In this document: piece after piece, positions 61,819-64,000 of the stretch
Position numbering within the stretch: the first letter of the stretch is position 1
How the letters are laid out: each line of letters begins with the position of its first letter
Assembly (NCBI GenBank): GCA_040376705.1
Contig: JBEIQE010000001.1
Location: forward strand, 58,193 to 122,192
Direction of reading: 5' to 3'
DNA from: Micavibrio sp.
GTDB taxonomy: Bacteria > Pseudomonadota > Alphaproteobacteria > UBA2400
Length of the DNA stretch: 64,000 nt
Translations under genes and position numbers: made by a program
The notes under the pieces: model-generated
Told to the model about the DNA's origin: nothing
What the model saw: the letters and a program-made list of their open reading frames with translations, nothing else
Database searches by the model: none

Positions 61819-63699
61819 TTACGAAGCGGTGAGTACCGCCTTGATACGGCGTACGCCAACCGAGCTGCTCTCTTCCTTCTGGATGGCGAACTTGCCCAGC
61901 TTGCCGATTTCGCTGGTGTTGGCCACATGCGGGCCACCGCACAGCTCGCGGCTCCAGATCTTGCCAGTTGCATCCTTGAACTGGAAGACCTTCACAACAT
62001 CGGGGTACTTCTCCCAGAAACTGCCCTCAACGCCTTCGGCCTTGGCCTGTTCCTTGGGCATTTCAACAATGGTCATCTCGGCATTGGCGTTGATGGCTTC
62101 ATTCACATAAATCTCAACTGCCTTTTTCTGTTCTTCAGTCATCTTTTCGTGATGGCTGAAGTCGAAGCGGGCGCGCTCAGCCGTAATATTGCTACCCTTC
62201 TGGTGCACGTGATCGCCCAAAATACTGCGCAGACCAGCCAGCATGAGGTGGGTAGCAGTGTGCAGGGCTGTAGTGACTTCGCTATGGTCGGCCAAGCCAC
62301 CCTTGAACTTGCCGGCAGCAGCGGTACGGCTCAGCTCGGCATGCTCTTTAGCGGCAATATTAAAGGCCTCAGGCTCAAGCATTTGCTTGCCGTTTTCCTC
62401 AAGGAATTCTTCGGTCAGCTCACGCGGGAAGCCATAAGTCTCGTAGAAGTGGAAGGCATCCTTGCCACTGATGGTACCATGTTGCTCGATATGGCGTTTC
62501 ATCTCACGCTCACCGCTCTGCAGGGTCTTCTGGAACTGTGCTTCTTCAGCAGCAATGGTGGCCAGAATATCTTTTTTGTTGAGCGCCATTTCCGGGTAGG
62601 CGGTGGCGTCATCGATATAGATTTCGGCAATCTGGGTCATGAACGCGCCGTTAAAGCCCAGCTTGCGGCCCACGCGAATGGCGCGGCGCATGAGGCGGCG
62701 GGTTACATACCCCGCATCAATATTGGCAGGCTTGGCGCCATCATTAATCAGGAAGGTGGCGGCGCGGGTATGGTCCAGCACGATGCGGAAGTTCTTGGTC
62801 TCCTCAGCATACTTCTTGCCAGTCAGCTCTTCGATTTTGGCAATCGGGCGGGTAAAGAAGGCACTGAGGTAAATATCCGAATTGCCGTTCATGGCGGCGG
62901 CTACGCGCTCGAGACCTCCACCGTAGTCGATGTTCGGGCGCGGCAGGGGCATGAAGCCGTTCTCGGTCTTCTTGTGTGACATGAACACGTTATTACCGAT
63001 TTCAAGGAAACGCGGTGTGTCGGTCGCCGGATGGTCGAGCGGGTCGCCAGCCGGGTTAAAGTCGTAGAACATTTCGCTGTCAGGGCCACCGGGTTCACCA
63101 ACCGGCATCTTTTCGGGGCGGCCAGCGCGGCTCCACCAGTTTTCGCCTTCATCATACATAAAGATACGGCCACCGCGCGATACACCATACTTCCAGGGTT
63201 CACGCTCAACCACGGGGTCGATGCCCACGCTCTTGAACAGGTCAGTCCAGATGGCAACCGCTTCGTCATCCGGTGCGATGCCCATGTCCTTGTTGCCCTG
63301 ATAAACGCTGACGTAGAAATTCTTGGGGTCGATGCCCAGCTCTTCAATCTGCCACTTCCACATGAAAGTAACCTGTTGGCGCTTGAAGGTGGCCGGATCG
63401 GCACCAAACGACCAGCGGCCAATCATCTCGAAGAAAGTGAGGTGCGAGTTATCGCCCACTTCGTTGATGTCGCCAGTGCGCAGGCACTTCTGGGTATTGG
63501 AGATATCGTTGCCCGACGGATGCTTTTCACCCAGCAGATACGGGATCATCGGCTGCATGCCGCTGCCGGTAAACAGGGTGGTGGGGTCGTTCTCGGGCAG
63601 CAGGCTGGACGACGGAACATTGACCGAGCCTTGCGCGGTCATGAAATCGAGGAACGATTTGCGCAGAAGGTTAGGGTCGTTCTTGATGCTCTTGCTCAT
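61819..63699 (-). CDS. Alanyl-tRNA synthetase-like protein with catalytic and editing domains but no C-Ala domain (about 626 aa)
   Basis: Class II AlaRS motifs are TLFTGSGMQ, HLTFFEMIGRWSFG and GGGLERV. The editing site is HTATHL...HHE...CGGPHV. The ORF terminates right after the editing domain at a clean terminator. Start refined to MSKSIK. ORF track start 63777. Confidence 0.8.
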   Translation of the reverse strand: MSKSIKNDPNLLRKSFLDFMTAQGSVNVPSSSLLPENDPTTLFTGSGMQPMIPYLLGEKHPSGNDISNTQKCLRTGDINEVGDNSHLTFFEMIGRWSFGADPATFKRQQVTFMWKWQIEELGIDPKNFYVSVYQGNKDMGIAPDDEAVAIWTDLFKSVGIDPVVEREPWKYGVSRGGRIFMYDEGENWWSRAGRPEKMPVGEPGGPDSEMFYDFNPAGDPLDHPATDTPRFLEIGNNVFMSHKKTENGFMPLPRPNIDYGGGLERVAAAMNGNSDIYLSAFFTRPIAKIEELTGKKYAEETKNFRIVLDHTRAATFLINDGAKPANIDAGYVTRRLMRRAIRVGRKLGFNGAFMTQIAEIYIDDATAYPEMALNKKDILATIAAEEAQFQKTLQSGEREMKRHIEQHGTISGKDAFHFYETYGFPRELTEEFLEENGKQMLEPEAFNIAAKEHAELSRTAAAGKFKGGLADHSEVTTALHTATHLMLAGLRSILGDHVHQKGSNITAERARFDFSHHEKMTEEQKKAVEIYVNEAINANAEMTIVEMPKEQAKAEGVEGSFWEKYPDVVKVFQFKDATGKIWSRELCGGPHVANTSEIGKLGKFAIQKEESSSVGVRRIKAVLTAS

Positions 63700-63889
63700 A
63701 ATCCGGGCTCGTCTCTCTGGTGCAGATGTGGGGCGCTGTGCGCGGTTTCCCCTGTGATATAGGGGATTTTCGGGCAAGATTCAATTGCCATAGGTAGCGC
63801 TGCGGCAGGGACGCGGGGCAGGCGGGCTGCCCTTGCAGAATGGGCGAAAACAGAGCAAAATGCGGCCTCATTCATTCACAGAGGTAAAT

Positions 63890-64000
63890 ATGACGGTAGA
63901 CCTGAAGGCACGTATTGCAGAGCTCACATCGCTGGAGCAGGCCGAACAGCTCTATCCTGCGCGTAATCTGCCTGCCGGTGCCGAAGTGGTGCGCGTCGCG
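63890..64000 (+). CDS. 5' partial CDS, possibly phenylalanine--tRNA ligase alpha subunit N-terminus
   Basis: MTVDLKARIAELTSLEQAEQLY...AEVVRVA resembles the PheS N-terminal helix ending in VRV-x-x-LGKKG. It runs off the window. Confidence 0.3.
   Translation, partial: MTVDLKARIAELTSLEQAEQLYPARNLPAGAEVVRVA

Noticed and set aside
61927-63762. Plus-strand ORFs (350 and 243 aa) opposite the AlaRS-like gene
   Set aside because: They are antisense to a gene with clear class-II synthetase and editing motifs.
1-64000. Mobile elements, prophage, CRISPR arrays, integrases or transposases
   Set aside because: Reading the sequence and ORF track, I found no direct-repeat/spacer arrays, no DDE/tyrosine recombinase-like ORFs and no terminal inverted repeats. 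The only compositional oddities are the AT-richer membrane-protein paralogs, which have no flanking mobility genes.

Overview
This window reads as an alphaproteobacterial chromosome segment of roughly 58-60% GC (estimated by eye). It contains no transposases, integrases or CRISPR arrays.

Positions 1-21,700 are a flagellar and chemotaxis gene cluster. It holds flgF/G, fliL, fliM, a motE-like gene, cheY, a CheZ-like gene, a giant TPR protein, fliP, fliO, a FlhB C-terminal domain-like gene, csrA, flgB, flgC, fliE, fliQ, fliR and flhB. Several non-canonical insertions interrupt it:
- a prepilin-like gene pair;
- three tandem paralogous small membrane proteins;
- csrA translationally coupled to a 503-aa membrane protein with a DnaJ-type zinc finger;
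- two tandem AT-richer multi-pass membrane protein paralogs inserted antisense between fliQ and fliR. A third paralog sits at 34-35.6 kb.

Positions 21,700-45,600 carry a CckA-like hybrid histidine kinase, then a J-domain protein operon divergent from three tandem ankyrin-repeat paralogs. After these come lon, a VIT iron transporter, a nitroreductase, HU, two TerD-family genes, amtB, a GAF-PAS sensor with a degenerate phospho-acceptor box, a beta-carbonic anhydrase, an inverted-architecture MCP-like protein and tRNA-Gln(CUG).

Positions 45,600-61,800 look like a general-stress-response island. Genes include thioredoxin, a YciE-like ferritin-like protein, an ECF sigma factor divergent from an OmpR-type regulator, a PRC-barrel protein, CsbD, OmpA, entericidin, DUF883/YqjD-YqjE, two DUF1328 genes, two hybrid/HWE kinases with receiver partners, and four CsbD-like paralogs. 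Many of these genes are preceded by GGAAC-N16-xxTT EcfG-type promoter-like motifs. A conserved GC-stem/TTCGCAAGA-loop hairpin recurs three times.

The window ends with an AlaRS-like gene that has catalytic and editing domains but no C-Ala domain, and a partial pheS-like start.
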